From Octopus sinensis (lineage: Eukaryota), in NCBI RefSeq assembly GCF_006345805.1, contig NW_021827543.1:1-28833 (forward strand): a stretch of 28,833 bases of DNA. The letters are read 5' to 3'. A program made the translations under genes and the position numbers. A model generated the notes under the pieces. It worked only from the letters and a program-made list of their open reading frames with translations, did not search any database and was not told the origin of the DNA. Shown here one piece after another: positions 1 to 11,854 of this stretch. The stretch's first letter is position 1. The number at the start of each line of letters is the position of its first letter.

Positions 1-335
1 CATTCAAACGCATGGCTGGGAACTGCTGCCACACCTGCCGTACTCTCTTGATTTGGCACCAACGGATTTTCACCTCTTTCGATCTCTTTCAAATGCTATG
101 CGCGGAGTTTTGTTCAATACTGATGCAGAATTGAGAGCTTGGCTGGAACAATTTTTCGAGTCGAAATCGAGTGATTTCTACCAACGAAGTATTGAAAATC
201 TTGTTGAACGTTGCGAAGAATCTGTAAACAATGAGGGTGAATACATTATTGATTAATTAATTGTTATTTTTTTTAATTAAACCTTTTAAGAAAATTAAAT
301 TTTAAAAAACGGCAGGAACTTAGTTGCCAACCCAA
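1..335 (+). mobile_element. 3' end of a mariner (Tc1/mariner DD34D) transposon: transposase C-terminus plus right TIR
   Basis: The frame from position 2 reads GWELLPHLPYSLDLAPTDFHLFRSL...GEYIID* (stop at 256), matching mariner HPPYSPDLAPSDYHLF. The TIR at 304-335 has reverse complement TTGGGTTGGCAACTAAGTTCCTGCCG, resembling mellifera-subfamily TIRs. The P-to-L changes in the YSPDL motif suggest decay. Confidence 0.9.
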
Positions 336-800
336 AATGTATGTGTATATTTTGTATGCACGTTTTCGTATTTTTTATCTACTCCTTGTAGACTGTGAGG
401 ATTGTATACGTGAAGGATAGGTAGGGGTTATGTGTGTGAGTGAGTTAGTGTATTTATCGATGCTTATCTAACAATATCATAATTGTCAATTTTAATTAAC
501 TCACTCGCTATCGAAATAGTTAAAAGATTATATCTAAATGCTATTTCCAAGGAAAATAAACGCATAACTTCCATTCTATTTCAAATTAAAGCTACAAGCA
601 GCATTATTAACGCAACAAAATAGTCCCAACAGAACAATCTCTAAAAGCGCAAACCATTGATTTTTACAAATTTAAAATACGTAAATAGAAGACATGTTTA
701 CAAAAACATAAGTATTATGTTTAATGTTTACTCGTTAAGTTGTGCTTGATACAGCCACAATATGTGAAGAAATATTTTTCTTTAAAATTATCTATTTACA

Positions 801-998
801 GAGATGTACTTGCATAGCATGTGACCTGATCTGAGATCGTGTGCTTGAACGAAAACAATTGCAGCGTGGAAGGAGTTTATAAGCCATTTAAGAAACACAC
901 AAAAACCCTTAGATTCACTTCAACATTTAAATTTAATTTGTCAAAATATTTTCGTCGCTTTGATACCGCGACCTGTTAAGACAAAATTTCGTGTTGCA
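801..998 (-). mobile_element. Single arm of fold-back element family F1 with a hammerhead-like motif (937-985, minus)
   Basis: Homologous to both arms of 16779-17035 and ends at the equivalent of that element's palindrome centre. Confidence 0.75.
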
Positions 999-1405
999 TA
1001 TCTATTTGCAAAAACAAAATAACTTAGGAAAAGATAATGGTGCAAACCTAAAGTCAAATTTGAGACGTTCGAGAGCATTTGGATGTGAGAATACCTACCG
1101 ATGCGGAAATAATCCCAAGACAATATTCTCCAAAAGCGCATGCATTTCTGCGTTGTTCTGCTTCGTCAACTACAAACACCAAATGTTGTCCGTCGCAGCC
1201 CAATGAGGACGAATTCATTCTTAATAGAACAGCATGTGGTACGTTTGTTAATGAGGGTACTGCTAAAATATTGATGCTGTCTATTGCTTTTCGTATCGCT
1301 ACCGTCTACACGATCTATGTGACTTCCTCAGTCGGTTAAGTATATTGTCATTTTTATATTGTCATTCGTTAGTCTTTTAGCGCTTGTGATTAATAAAGAA
1401 ATTAA

Positions 1406-1583
1406 CATCATCATCATCATCATCATCATTGACATCATCATAAACAATATTATCATCGTTATCAACATCATCTTTTTCTTCTTCTTCTTCTTTTTCTTCT
1501 TATAATTATTATTATTATTATTATTAGTAGTAGTAGTAGTAGTGTAGTATATTTATTTTTATTATTATTATTATTATTATTAT

Positions 1584-1618
<35 letters not shown>

Positions 1619-1962
1619 CTATTATTATTATTATCATTATTACTATCATTATTATTATTATTATCATTATTATTATTAATATGATTGTCATCATATATAA
1701 TCATCATCATCATCATCATCATCACGATCACCATTACGATCATCATTATCATTATTATTTCCTGTTACAGCTCTTCCCCACGTTCTTATATATATATACA
1801 CACATATAAATACACATATATCTATACATGTATACACATATATATATATATATTTATATGAATAGTTACACACAGACAGATTGTTATAGCTTTTACATAT
1901 ATATATATATATATATAATATATATACATGCATTTACTCATATATGTGTGTGATATTTGCTG

Positions 1963-1998
<36 letters not shown>

Positions 1999-2002
1999 AT
2001 AT

Positions 2003-2040
<38 letters not shown>
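1406..2040. repeat. Compound microsatellite (CAT)n/(TAT)n/(TAG)n followed by (TA)n
   Basis: Seen directly. Confidence 0.95.
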
Positions 2041-2045
<5 letters not shown>

Positions 2046-2263
2046 CGAAGCGAACAATGTCTCAGAGTGAGGTCCATTGACTTAAAATGATGTCTCCAGA
2101 CGTGTGGACAGTTTAATGACCAACGGTGCGATATTTCACAGCAGGAAATGTGTTCTTCCCTCTCATAATGTTATCCATTTTGTCTTGTGTCCTTTCACAG
2201 TTAAACACCGCAATTTATAGACATTAATGATGGTCTACCTAAGCAAGCAAGAGAGAGAGAGAC

Positions 2264-2316
<53 letters not shown>

Positions 2317-2340
2317 GAGAGATAGACAGAGAGAGACAGA

Positions 2341-2432
2341 GAGAGAGCGGTGTAAGAAAGGGAGTGCGATGGAGATACAGTCAGAAGAGAGGGTAAGTTT
2401 GTATACAAGATATCAAGAAATTATTTTCAGTA

Positions 2433-2499
<67 letters not shown>

Positions 2500-2618
2500 G
2501 AGAGAGAGACAGAGAGAGAGCGGTGTAAGAAAGGGAGTGCGATGGAGATACAGTCAGAGGAGAGGGTAAGTTTGTATACAAGATATCAAGAAATTATTTT
2601 CAGTGTGTGTGTGTGTAT

Positions 2619-2652
<34 letters not shown>

Positions 2653-2660
2653 GACAGAGA
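2341..2660 (+). repeat. Tandem duplication with 173-bp period, containing (GA)/(GACA) tracts
   Basis: CGGTGTAAGAAAGGGAGTGCGATGG...TTATTTTCAGT occurs at 2348 and 2521, nearly identical. Confidence 0.9.
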
Positions 2661-2864
2661 AAGAGAGTGTGTGTATGTGTATGTGTATGCGTGTGTTTAT
2701 GTTTACGTGTATGTGTGTGAGTGTAGGTCTATGTGTTATTGTATATCCGCGTGTGTTTGTGCGTGTGTGTATCTGTGTGTGCATGGGCTTGGGTCTGTCT
2801 GTGCTCGTGTGCTCGTGTGTATGTGTTTGTGCTTGTATGTGTGTGTGAGTGTATATGTGTATGT

Positions 2865-2895
<31 letters not shown>

Positions 2896-3172
2896 CCCTC
2901 TTTCTAAGTCTGTGTGCGTATTTGCATCAGTGTGCGAACAAGCGTGAGTGTCAGAGAGAGAGAGAGAGTGAGAGAGAGAGAGAGATAGAGAGGGTGGGGA
3001 GAACGTGAGAGAAGTAAGAAGGAGAGGAAGAGATAGAAGAAGAAAGAGAGAGATTGTTTCTTAGTTGTAATTTTGCTTCTGAGGATGTGTGTATGTATGT
3101 GTTGGTTATTAGCGCTATCATCTGCACGTGTGCGCGCGTGTATGTGTTTGTGTGTGCGTGTGTGTGACAGAG

Positions 3173-3220
<48 letters not shown>

Positions 3221-3401
3221 TGATTGTGTGTGTGTGACAGGCAGACAGGCTGACAGAGAGACTGGCGTACAGGCAGAAAAACAGCTTGTTTCGAAGTTCT
3301 AAGTTTCTGTGTGAGTACGTGTGATTATCGATGTAAGTGTGAAAGTCCGACGGGTGTGTGGATATTTTTATGTGTGACTAGCACGGGGACGATTTAAAGT
3401 A

Positions 3402-4045
3402 TACGAGGGTGGACTGAAAAGTTTATAAACTAACTATGAAAGGGTGATGTTGGAGCTGTGCAATCTTCCAAGCATTAATTTCAGCTCTTCTTATTAATAG
3501 CTACATTGTTTCTTTCCAGGTAAACCGATTGTTCAAAGACTTCAAAAGTAACTAGTAGCGACTTCTCTTAAAAATCGATAAAATTTAGTATCGTGGTATT
3601 ATCAAGTACTTGCAGAAAAAGGGTTTTGTTGTTTGTTCCTTCTCGAGCCACATCTGGCTCATAAGACCCGGTTTCCCGGTTTTCTTGGAGTATAGGTTCC
3701 CCACCTGGACGGAACGCCGGTCCGTCGCAGGTGAGCAGCAAGATGCAGGAGTAAAGAATGAGAGAAAGTTGTGGCGAAATAGTCAGCAGAAGTTCGCCAT
3801 TACCTTCTGCCGGAGCCGTGTGGAGCTTAGGTGTTTCGCTCATAAACACACACATCGCCCGGTCTGAGATTCGAACCCACGATCCCTCAACCGCGAGTCC
3901 GCTACTCTAACCACTAGGCCAGGTGCCTCCACAGAAAAACGGTTTAACCCCTAAGGATATTCATGCTGACGTGGTTGCTACAATTAGGGGCTGGACGCTC
4001 CATCTTAATTCAGCACTGCAAAAGTGGGCAGCTAAATTAAGACAA
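3402..4045 (+). mobile_element. Decayed 5' part of a second mariner element (TIR plus N-terminal HTH), interrupted by a SINE
   Basis: It begins TA-CGAGGGTGGACTGAAAAGT, like a mariner TIR. From 3574 it reads (I)DKI*YRGIIKYLQKKG, then after the SINE LTPKDIHADVVAT...QKWAAKL, matching the mariner N-terminus pattern RxVIKF...GLTPKEIH...TVxKW. The start codon is lost and there are a stop and frameshifts. Confidence 0.75.
3627..3931 (-). mobile_element. tRNA-derived SINE, family A, full length with 14-bp TSD
   Basis: On the minus strand: A box TGGCCTAGTGG, B box GGTTCGAATCT, and a 3' tail GGCTCGAGAAGGAACAAACAACA. TSD is CAGAAAAAGGGTTT (3613-3626) / CAGAAAAACGGTTT (3932-3945). It aligns end to end with 10161-10464. 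Confidence 0.92.
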
Positions 4046-4779
4046 CCCAGGGTCTGGACACCATGCAGCTCGTATAAGATTATTTCTGCCATTCTCTGTA
4101 CGTGTGTGGTTTTCATATGTGCTGGGGTGGAGTTGTGCATGTAAGCATTTTTAGCGTGTGTGTGTGCGTGCGCATGCGTGCATGGACGTGGGTGTGAATA
4201 ATGGGAGAAAACGCGCTTAAGATTAAATTTGCGTTTTTTATTTGCACGTGAGTTTGTGTGAGTGTGTGTGTGGATGTGTGTGTGTATGAGTGTGTGAGGG
4301 TGTGTGCGGGAAAGAGAGAGAGAAAGAGAGAGAGAGCAAAGGAGTGACTGTATTTGATGGGAAGAGAGAGAGAGAGAGAGAGGTTTGTGCAAGAGTTCAT
4401 GTGCGTGACATGGTTGTTTGTGGCAGTACAGTTTCTACGCGTGTGCGCATGTGTATATGTATGTATGTATGTATGTTTGTATACACACGCACACGCGCAC
4501 ACACACACACATATGTGTGTATGTGTGTGTGTTAATGCATGTATATATGTGTATGTGTGACTGAATGATTGAATGAATGAATGAATGAATGAATGAATGA
4601 ATGAGTGAATGAACGAACAGCCGATCTGAATTGACTGTGTGCACGAAAGTAGACAATTAAGGTGCTGTCCGGAACGAGCACTTCAATGCAAAACAAGAAA
4701 AGGAATACCGCGTCTGCAACGAAATATAAGAGTCACTTACTGGCATTAAAAAACCACTGTAGGTTACGTGGTCGCTGAA

Positions 4780-5245
4780 AAAAGGAAATGAAAGGAAGGA
4801 AGGAAGGAAGGAAGGAAAGAAGGAAAGGAAGAATGAAAGAAAGAAAGAACGAAAGAAAGAAAGTAAGAAAGAGAGGAAGGAAAGAAGGAAGAAAGGAAGA
4901 AAGGAAGGAGGAAAGAAAGAAGAAGGAAAGAAGAAAGAAGAAGGAAAGAAGAAAGAAGAAGGAAGAAAGAAAGGACGAAAGAAAGAAAGAAGAAAGAAGA
5001 TGAATGAAAGGAATGATGAAGGAAGGAAGGAAGGAAGGAAGGAAGGAAGAAAGAAGAAAGGAAAAAAAAGAAGGAAGGAAAAAAGAAAGAAAGAAAGAAG
5101 AAAGGAAAAAGGAAGGAAGAAAGAAAGAAAGAAAGAAAGAGAAAGAAAGAAAGAAGGAAAGAAAGAAAGAAAAAAGAAAGAAAGAAAGAAAGAAAGGGAG
5201 GGAGGAAGAAAGAAAGAAAGGACGAATGAAAGAAAGAAAGAAGAC
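4780..5245. repeat. Polypurine (GAAA/GGAA)n tract
   Basis: About 465 bp that are almost entirely A/G. Confidence 0.95.
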
Positions 5246-5281
5246 AAGTTATCAGCGATGGCCATCCCCGAAACATGAGTC

Positions 5282-5960
5282 CCAGGCATTGGCCGGTTAG
5301 GTATCGTGGTAGAAGATACTTGCCCAAGGTACCGCATATTCTTCACATACCGATTCGTAATGCACTAATTGTTGCGACTGTTGGGCTTGACGGCAAGATA
5401 ACGTAAAAGGTCACTGGTACTAGAAGTTCACATTGAAGTAGTTGGAGACAACTGATGGTGTCATCTTCAGGTGTGACCTGGAAATATGTTCGATTCCTTT
5501 TACCTTTAGCTTGGATTTTGTTAAGCTAGTAACATAATTACGAATACGTCCAATGTTTAGTTCTTATTTTTTGGAACAATGTAGTTACTATTGCTTTGTG
5601 CACTCGACTCATCATCATTTTCGTTATTCAATAGTTTTCTTCAGAAGACCAAAATTTCTCCATCTTTTACCTTTTACTTGTTTCAATCATTGGATTGCGG
5701 CCATGCTGGGGTGTCACTTTGAAGTTTTTAATCAAACTTATTCGTTGTGTGTCAGCCTTGAGAGAGCGAAAGAGAGAGAGGGATAGATATACATAAATAC
5801 ATAGTCCTACACACAGATACAAATATTCACACAGAGACACAAATCTATAAACACACTCAAAATACACACATATCCATAGATACCCACACATCTGTCTCTC
5901 GGCCCTAGTTCTTTATCTGATATTTATTCTATTGTCTGTTTTACCGAATCACTAAGTTAC
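5282..5960 (-). mobile_element. Scattered degraded fragments related to SINE family B
   Basis: AGAAGATACTTGCCCAAGGTACCGCA near 5311-5336, CTTTTACTTGTTTCAATCATTGGATTGCGGCCATGCTGG near 5671-5709, and CCGAATCACTAAGTTAC near 5944-5960. Confidence 0.55.
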
Positions 5961-7409
5961 TAGGTTTGTTTTGTTTTTTTTATTTTTGTTTTGTTTGTTT
6001 TTCCGCTTGTTTGTTTCGGGGGTTTTTTGTCTCTTTTTTGTAGAATAAAATTTATAATCATCAAACCCCCAATATGTTCCCTTTTGAGTAAAGCTGTTTT
6101 GTTGTGAAATATTTCATTTGAGGATGTAATACGTCGCAGTCTGTTATTGTTACACCTCATAAGCAAACAGCTGGATTCTTTTCTTGCGGCGGGTGGCATT
6201 TTCGAGCAATTCCATAAGTCATTACTGATTTTAAAATTTAAAAAAAAAAGAAAGAAGATTTTAAAAGATTGCTTTCATCGATTTTAAAAGATAGGAAACA
6301 AATTTCGTTGATAGGTGGCGATATTTATCACTTGCAGACAAACAAATAATTAATTACACCACACACCAGCAAAAACAGCCTAAAAAGAATCCCAAAATGG
6401 AACCAGCGTTTGAAAATAATAAGGAAAAAAGAGAACAGCCGACTATGAATTCATCAACCTCAAATGTACTTTAGAGTTTCAATTTCTTCCACGAATGCAG
6501 CTAACAAGATTCTCTTTATCATTTGCCATGTTGTTTATTTTTTGCCGCGTTTCTTTTCTCTCTCTCTCAACTTATTATTGATGTTGCTGTGGCAGCCATG
6601 TTGTTTGTAGCAATTATCTGCATGTTGAATGCAGGTTTGAGACTAATATCGCTAAGATTTCTATATAAAAGGCTTCTTCTTCTTTAATAAATGAGATCAG
6701 AAGAATAACCAGTTATTTAACAAAGCTGATAGTTGCGGCGTTAATCGTAAAGTTGGTATTCATCTTAAATTCAATGACTCGTTGCATATACCAACCATTT
6801 GTCTATTCTACAAGTATTACATGCATGCATGGTTATACATGTGTGTCCATGTGTGTACAAGGTTGTGCGTATGTGTTTGCAATGGATGCATTTATGTATA
6901 TGTGGATTTGCGTATATACTTATTAGTATAATATTAAGAATGTGTATATATGTGCATTTGCGTATGAAAGCATTTTGTTTATATGTGTATGAATGGGTTT
7001 GATTGTGTTGTAACTGTTTATTTCAGTGTATGTATGTATGTGTGAGTCTGTGTTTAAGTGCATGTATGCTGTGTGTACGTTTCTGTGTGTTTGTGCGTGT
7101 ATTCACGCATGTGTATGAATGCGCGCGTGGTTATATTTCGTTACTGTCCGTGAAGACTAAGTATTTAGCCGAAATGAATGCTTGTATGGATGCATGTTGG
7201 ATGCGTAGATGTAGTGTTTACGTGTGTGTATGTGTATGTTCACATGTGTAGGTATGTATTTAGAGATATGTGCGTGTATGTGTGTGTGTAGCTGTGCGTG
7301 TGTGTGTATATACGTCCTTACACAAATATGTTGGTTTATATCTATCAAACGATCTATCTATATGGATGAATATGTATACATGCATTTATTGATAACCGCG
7401 TAAATTAAG

Positions 7410-7448
7410 TCATATGCGTATGTATATGTGTGTGTGTGTTTGTGTGTG

Positions 7449-7488
<40 letters not shown>

Positions 7489-7707
7489 GAGAGAGAGAGA
7501 ATATATATAAACATATAGTGTATATATATATATATATACATATATATGTATATATAACATATATACTATATATATGTACATATATACATATATATATATA
7601 CATAAATGTGTATATATATATATGTACATACATATATATACATATATATGCATATATATATGTCTGCATATATATATACATATATTTGTTTATAGCATAT
7701 ATATATA

Positions 7708-7773
<66 letters not shown>

Positions 7774-8020
7774 TATATATATTATATATTACTATTTTAT
7801 ATATATACACGCACACACGCTCACAGACACATATGATATGTATGTGTGCGTTATATATATATATATATATAATATATATATATATATATGTGTGTGGTGT
7901 GTGTGTGTGTGTGTGTGTATGTGTATACGCACGCACATACACACAAGCACATACACATTCGTACATAGATGTATTTATAGATAAATACATGAATGAATGA
8001 ATGAATGAATGAATGAATGG
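7410..8020. repeat. (TA)n/(TG)n/(GAAT)n microsatellite block
   Basis: Seen directly. Confidence 0.95.
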
Positions 8021-8724
8021 ATTAGGGAATGTTGCAATCGACTGAATGATTAAGCGTGTGTGGATTAGCGGAATGAAGCGTATACGAACGAGGGCGCGGA
8101 TGTGTGTACGTATCTATGTATACATATATATAAGGATGGATGGGGGTTCATAGCTAGGTGGAAGGGTGGATGAATGGATGGGTGGGTGGATCTATTTATC
8201 GATCCTCGCATGAATGGACATTGGAATCGTATGTGGGTGAATAGTTAGACGGCGTTGGTGGGTGGGTTGGTGGGTGGGGTGGCCGGGAGGCTTTATGGAT
8301 GGCCGGGTGGATAGCTGGGAGGACGGGTGGGTGTATGGGTAGACGGACGGGTAGATCGATGGATGGACGGAACTATTGGCACGGTTGCGTTTGTTTTATT
8401 GGTATATTTGATTCTGTTACTGTGTTGTCGTATCTTTCGTGAATATGAAGATGAAATAGAATTCAGATATATTTGGTATTCGTTTAACTACTACTACTAC
8501 TACAACACACATACACAAGCACACGCATGCGCACACATACACAAGAACACGCATACACACGCACAGATACACAAACAAACAAACAGATACACAAACAAAC
8601 ATACTAAATTGTATTGATAAACAATTGGCGTTCCACTGGTCGGGGAATCTTTGGTTGGTTTACCATATTTAGAGATATTGGAAGCTAACAGATATGACAA
8701 ATTTACTACGATATCCTAGCTCTA

Positions 8725-9185
8725 TTTCTCTCTCTCTCCTCCTCTCTCTCTCTCTCTCTTTCTTTGTCTCTCTCTCTGTCCTCCCTCTCTCTCTCTCTCT
8801 CTTTAACCCTCATCTCATTCGAAGCCGCTCTCTCTCCCTCTCTCTCTCTCTCTCTCTCCTTTCTTTCCATCTCTACCTCTCTCTTAGCTTCTTTTTCTCA
8901 TTCTCTTTCTCTTCTCTCCCTCCATCCCCCCACACCTTTTCCCGTTTCTCTCTCCTCCCCCTTTATCTCTTTGCATCTCTTTCTCCATCCTTCTCTCCCT
9001 CTCTCCCTCCCCTCCCTCTCCCCTCCCCTCCCTCTATCCTTCCCACCTCTCTCTCTATTTCTCTCTTTCTCTTTCCCTCTCTCCGTGTCTTTCTCCTTCA
9101 CTCTCCCACTTTCTCTATCTTTCCCTTTCTCTCTGTCCTTCTCTCTCACATCCTCCCTCCCTCTCACATCCTTCCGTCTCTCTAT

Positions 9186-9216
<31 letters not shown>

Positions 9217-9230
9217 CATTCCCTCTCTCT
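8725..9230. repeat. Polypyrimidine (CT)n-rich tract
   Basis: About 500 bp that are mostly C/T. Confidence 0.95.
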
Positions 9231-9540
9231 AAGTGACATACAACTACAAGACACAGCAATAATGTACCAGGAATTTCTCAACCATTTTGCTCTTGTTGAA
9301 ATTTCGAAAACCATATTTGATGTCATAAGACACATTTTTCCTTAAAAAAATCCCTCAAAAAAATTACACCCAAGTCTTCTTATATGCAAAAATAGACCTT
9401 CTCTATGCTGACTTTATCCCTAATGCTCAATTATTATAGATTAATCTTAATCCAGATGGTTTCTTCTACCAAATTTGACGTCTTGCTTTACGTTCAGTTG
9501 TATTGCCTACTTACCGTTTATATAAAATAATGTTTTCTTT

Positions 9541-9727
9541 TCTACTCTAGGCACAAGGCCCGAAATTTGGGGGGAGGAAACCAGTCGATTAGATCGACAC
9601 CAGTACGCAACTGGTACTTAATTTATCGACCCCGAAAGGATGAAAGGCAAAGTTGTACCCAGAACGTAAAGATATGAAATACATATTTCTTTACTACTCA
9701 CAAGGGGCTAAATACAGAGAGGACAAA
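9541..9727 (-). mobile_element. SINE family C fragments (octopus-type, Meta-domain-like core)
   Basis: Contains CTGGTACTTAATTTATCGACCCCGAAAGGATGAAAGGCAAAGT and TATTTCTTTACTACTCACAAGGGGCTAAA, both shared with 22370-22761. Confidence 0.8.
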
Positions 9728-10586
9728 CAGTGACTGGTTGCATCTGTTAAGGGAACATGATGAAGATTATCTATTAATTCAAACCAACTATTTTCTAAAT
9801 CTCCGAAACGAAGCCTCATATCATATGTACAATTTACAATATTCAATGACAAGTCACAACATAGCGGGCCTGTTACGCATGACAGAGAACAGATACCAGT
9901 GGCGACATTGCAGACTACGAAAGTGTCTACAATAGCAACCCAGCGACTGGTTGCATCTGTTAAGGGAACATGGTGAAGATCTATTAATTCAAACCAGCTA
10001 TTTTCTAAATGTCCGTAACGGAGCCTCATATCATATGTACAATTTAAAATGCTCAATGACAAGTCACAACATAGCGAGCTTGCTACGCATGATAGAGAAC
10101 AGAGACCATTGGCGACACTGGTTACAAAAACGTCTACAATGACAACCCAGCGACTGGTTGGGGGCACATGGCCCAGTGGTTAGAGCAGCGGGCTCGCGGT
10201 CGAGGGATCGAGGGTTCGAATCTCAGACCGGCCAATGTGTGTGTTTATAAGCAAAACACCTAAGCTCCACGCGGCTCCGGCAGAAGGTAATGGCAAAACT
10301 TCTGCTGACTTTTTCGCCACAACTTTCTCTCACTCTATGGTCCTGTATCTTGCAGCTCACCTGCGACGGACCGGCGTCCCATCCAGGTGGGGAACCTATA
10401 CGCCAAGAAACCGGGAAACCGGCCCTTATGAGCCAGGCATGGCTCGAAAAGGAACAAACAACGACAGCGACTGGTTGCAGCCGTTAAGGGGACATGGTGA
10501 AGATTATCTATTAATTCAAACCAACTATTTTCTACACCTCCATAAAGAAAGCCTCATATCCTATGTACGATTTAAAATGTTCAATG
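9728..10586 (+). repeat. Tandem repeat of about 210 bp (about 2.6 units), third unit split by SINE A
   Basis: Units start CAG(T/C)GACTGGTTG at 9728, 9941 and 10148/10465 and share TATTAATTCAAACCA and GCCTCATATC. The third unit stops at TTCAATG (10586). Confidence 0.9.
10161..10464 (+). mobile_element. tRNA-derived SINE, family A, full length with perfect 13-bp TSD
   Basis: A box TGGCCCAGTGG and B box GGTTCGAATCT. TSD CAGCGACTGGTTG at 10148-10160 and 10465-10477. Confidence 0.92.
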
Positions 10587-10812
10587 CTGCTTCAGTCATG
10601 TCTGATTTGACCTTTCAACCAATAGAGAATGTAAACAAAAGCCTAGCGGAATGCTAGCTTACAGTCTTGTTTGTAGTGGCCTAAATATATTCACTTCCCA
10701 ACACAAGTACACAACAACAGCAAGCTGCTATTTCTTGCGAGGTTGTTGCTCTCGCTCTTTTTTTTTTTTTTTGGCGTTTCATTTGTTGTTTCAGCATAGT
10801 AATTACGGGCGA

Positions 10813-10837
10813 GCTACTATTACTATTACTACAGAAG

Positions 10838-10897
<60 letters not shown>

Positions 10898-10907
10898 TTA
10901 CTACCAA

Positions 10908-10939
<32 letters not shown>

Positions 10940-11305
10940 TACACTACTGCTGCTACTACTACTAACAGCCAATAGACAATAACTCCAGGGTAAACACTAA
11001 TTGTACCGGTTGTCTTCCCAGTCGGATTGTTTCTACCTGATATTTAGACTGTCTGAGGAAGTGCGGTGTGTATATGCGAGTGTGGGTGTATATATGTATG
11101 TATATATATGTGTGTGTGTCTGTATATTTCTAAATATATATATATAATATATATCTATATATATAATAGATATATACACACTATATGTATATATACACAC
11201 ACACGTATATATGTATACGTATATAATATATATAATGTATATTATATATATATCATATATATAATATATATAATATGTATATATATATGTATTTATATGT
11301 GTGTG

Positions 11306-11340
<35 letters not shown>

Positions 11341-11501
11341 ATATATATATATAATACATATATATCTATGTATATATTATATATATCTACACATATATAT
11401 ATAATGTTATATATATATATATATAATATATAATATATAATATATCTTATATACCTTAATTACTAATGTATATATATTATATATCTACACTATATTATAA
11501 T

Positions 11502-11539
<38 letters not shown>

Positions 11540-11540
11540 A
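10813..11540. repeat. (ACT)n and degenerate (TA)n microsatellites
   Basis: Seen directly. Confidence 0.9.
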
Positions 11541-11799
11541 TACAAAACGTACAAAACTTAAAACAATGGAGTACAACGCAACAATACGACAGCAAACAGA
11601 ACCAACAACAACACAAACAAATCAAACAATGTAATCAAACACTACCACCATTACTACCACCACCACCACCAACTACAACAACAACAACAGCAACAACAAA
11701 CAGTGTAATCAAAAGTAAATCTAAAGACAAAACAATAACGCTCGCTGATCATTTCTATTTAAAACCGTTGAACCGAACTGACTGGCAGTTAAAGTCACT

Positions 11800-11854
<55 letters not shown>

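Noticed and set aside
1079-1339. 86-aa ORF in non-repetitive sequence
   Set aside because: No ATG start and no recognisable homology or clear exon boundaries.
2393-2430. GTAAGT...TTTTCAG pair in the 173-bp duplication
   Set aside because: About 38 nt is too short for a typical intron, and it lies in duplicated low-complexity DNA without a coding context.
4657-5346. 229-aa F/S/L-rich ORF and the opposite-strand K/E/R-rich ORFs
   Set aside because: They are translations of the (GAAA/GGAA)n tract.
7358-8000. Long Y/I ORFs, and similar YI, VC, HT, poly-V and poly-D ORFs throughout the window
   Set aside because: Microsatellite artefacts with no domain content.
10161-10230. tRNA-like sequence (also 3860-3931)
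   Set aside because: It is a SINE head, followed by a SINE body and flanked by TSDs, with no proper acceptor stem.
9728-10586. CRISPR-like array
   Set aside because: Whole units are duplicated, there are no unique spacers, and the context is eukaryotic.
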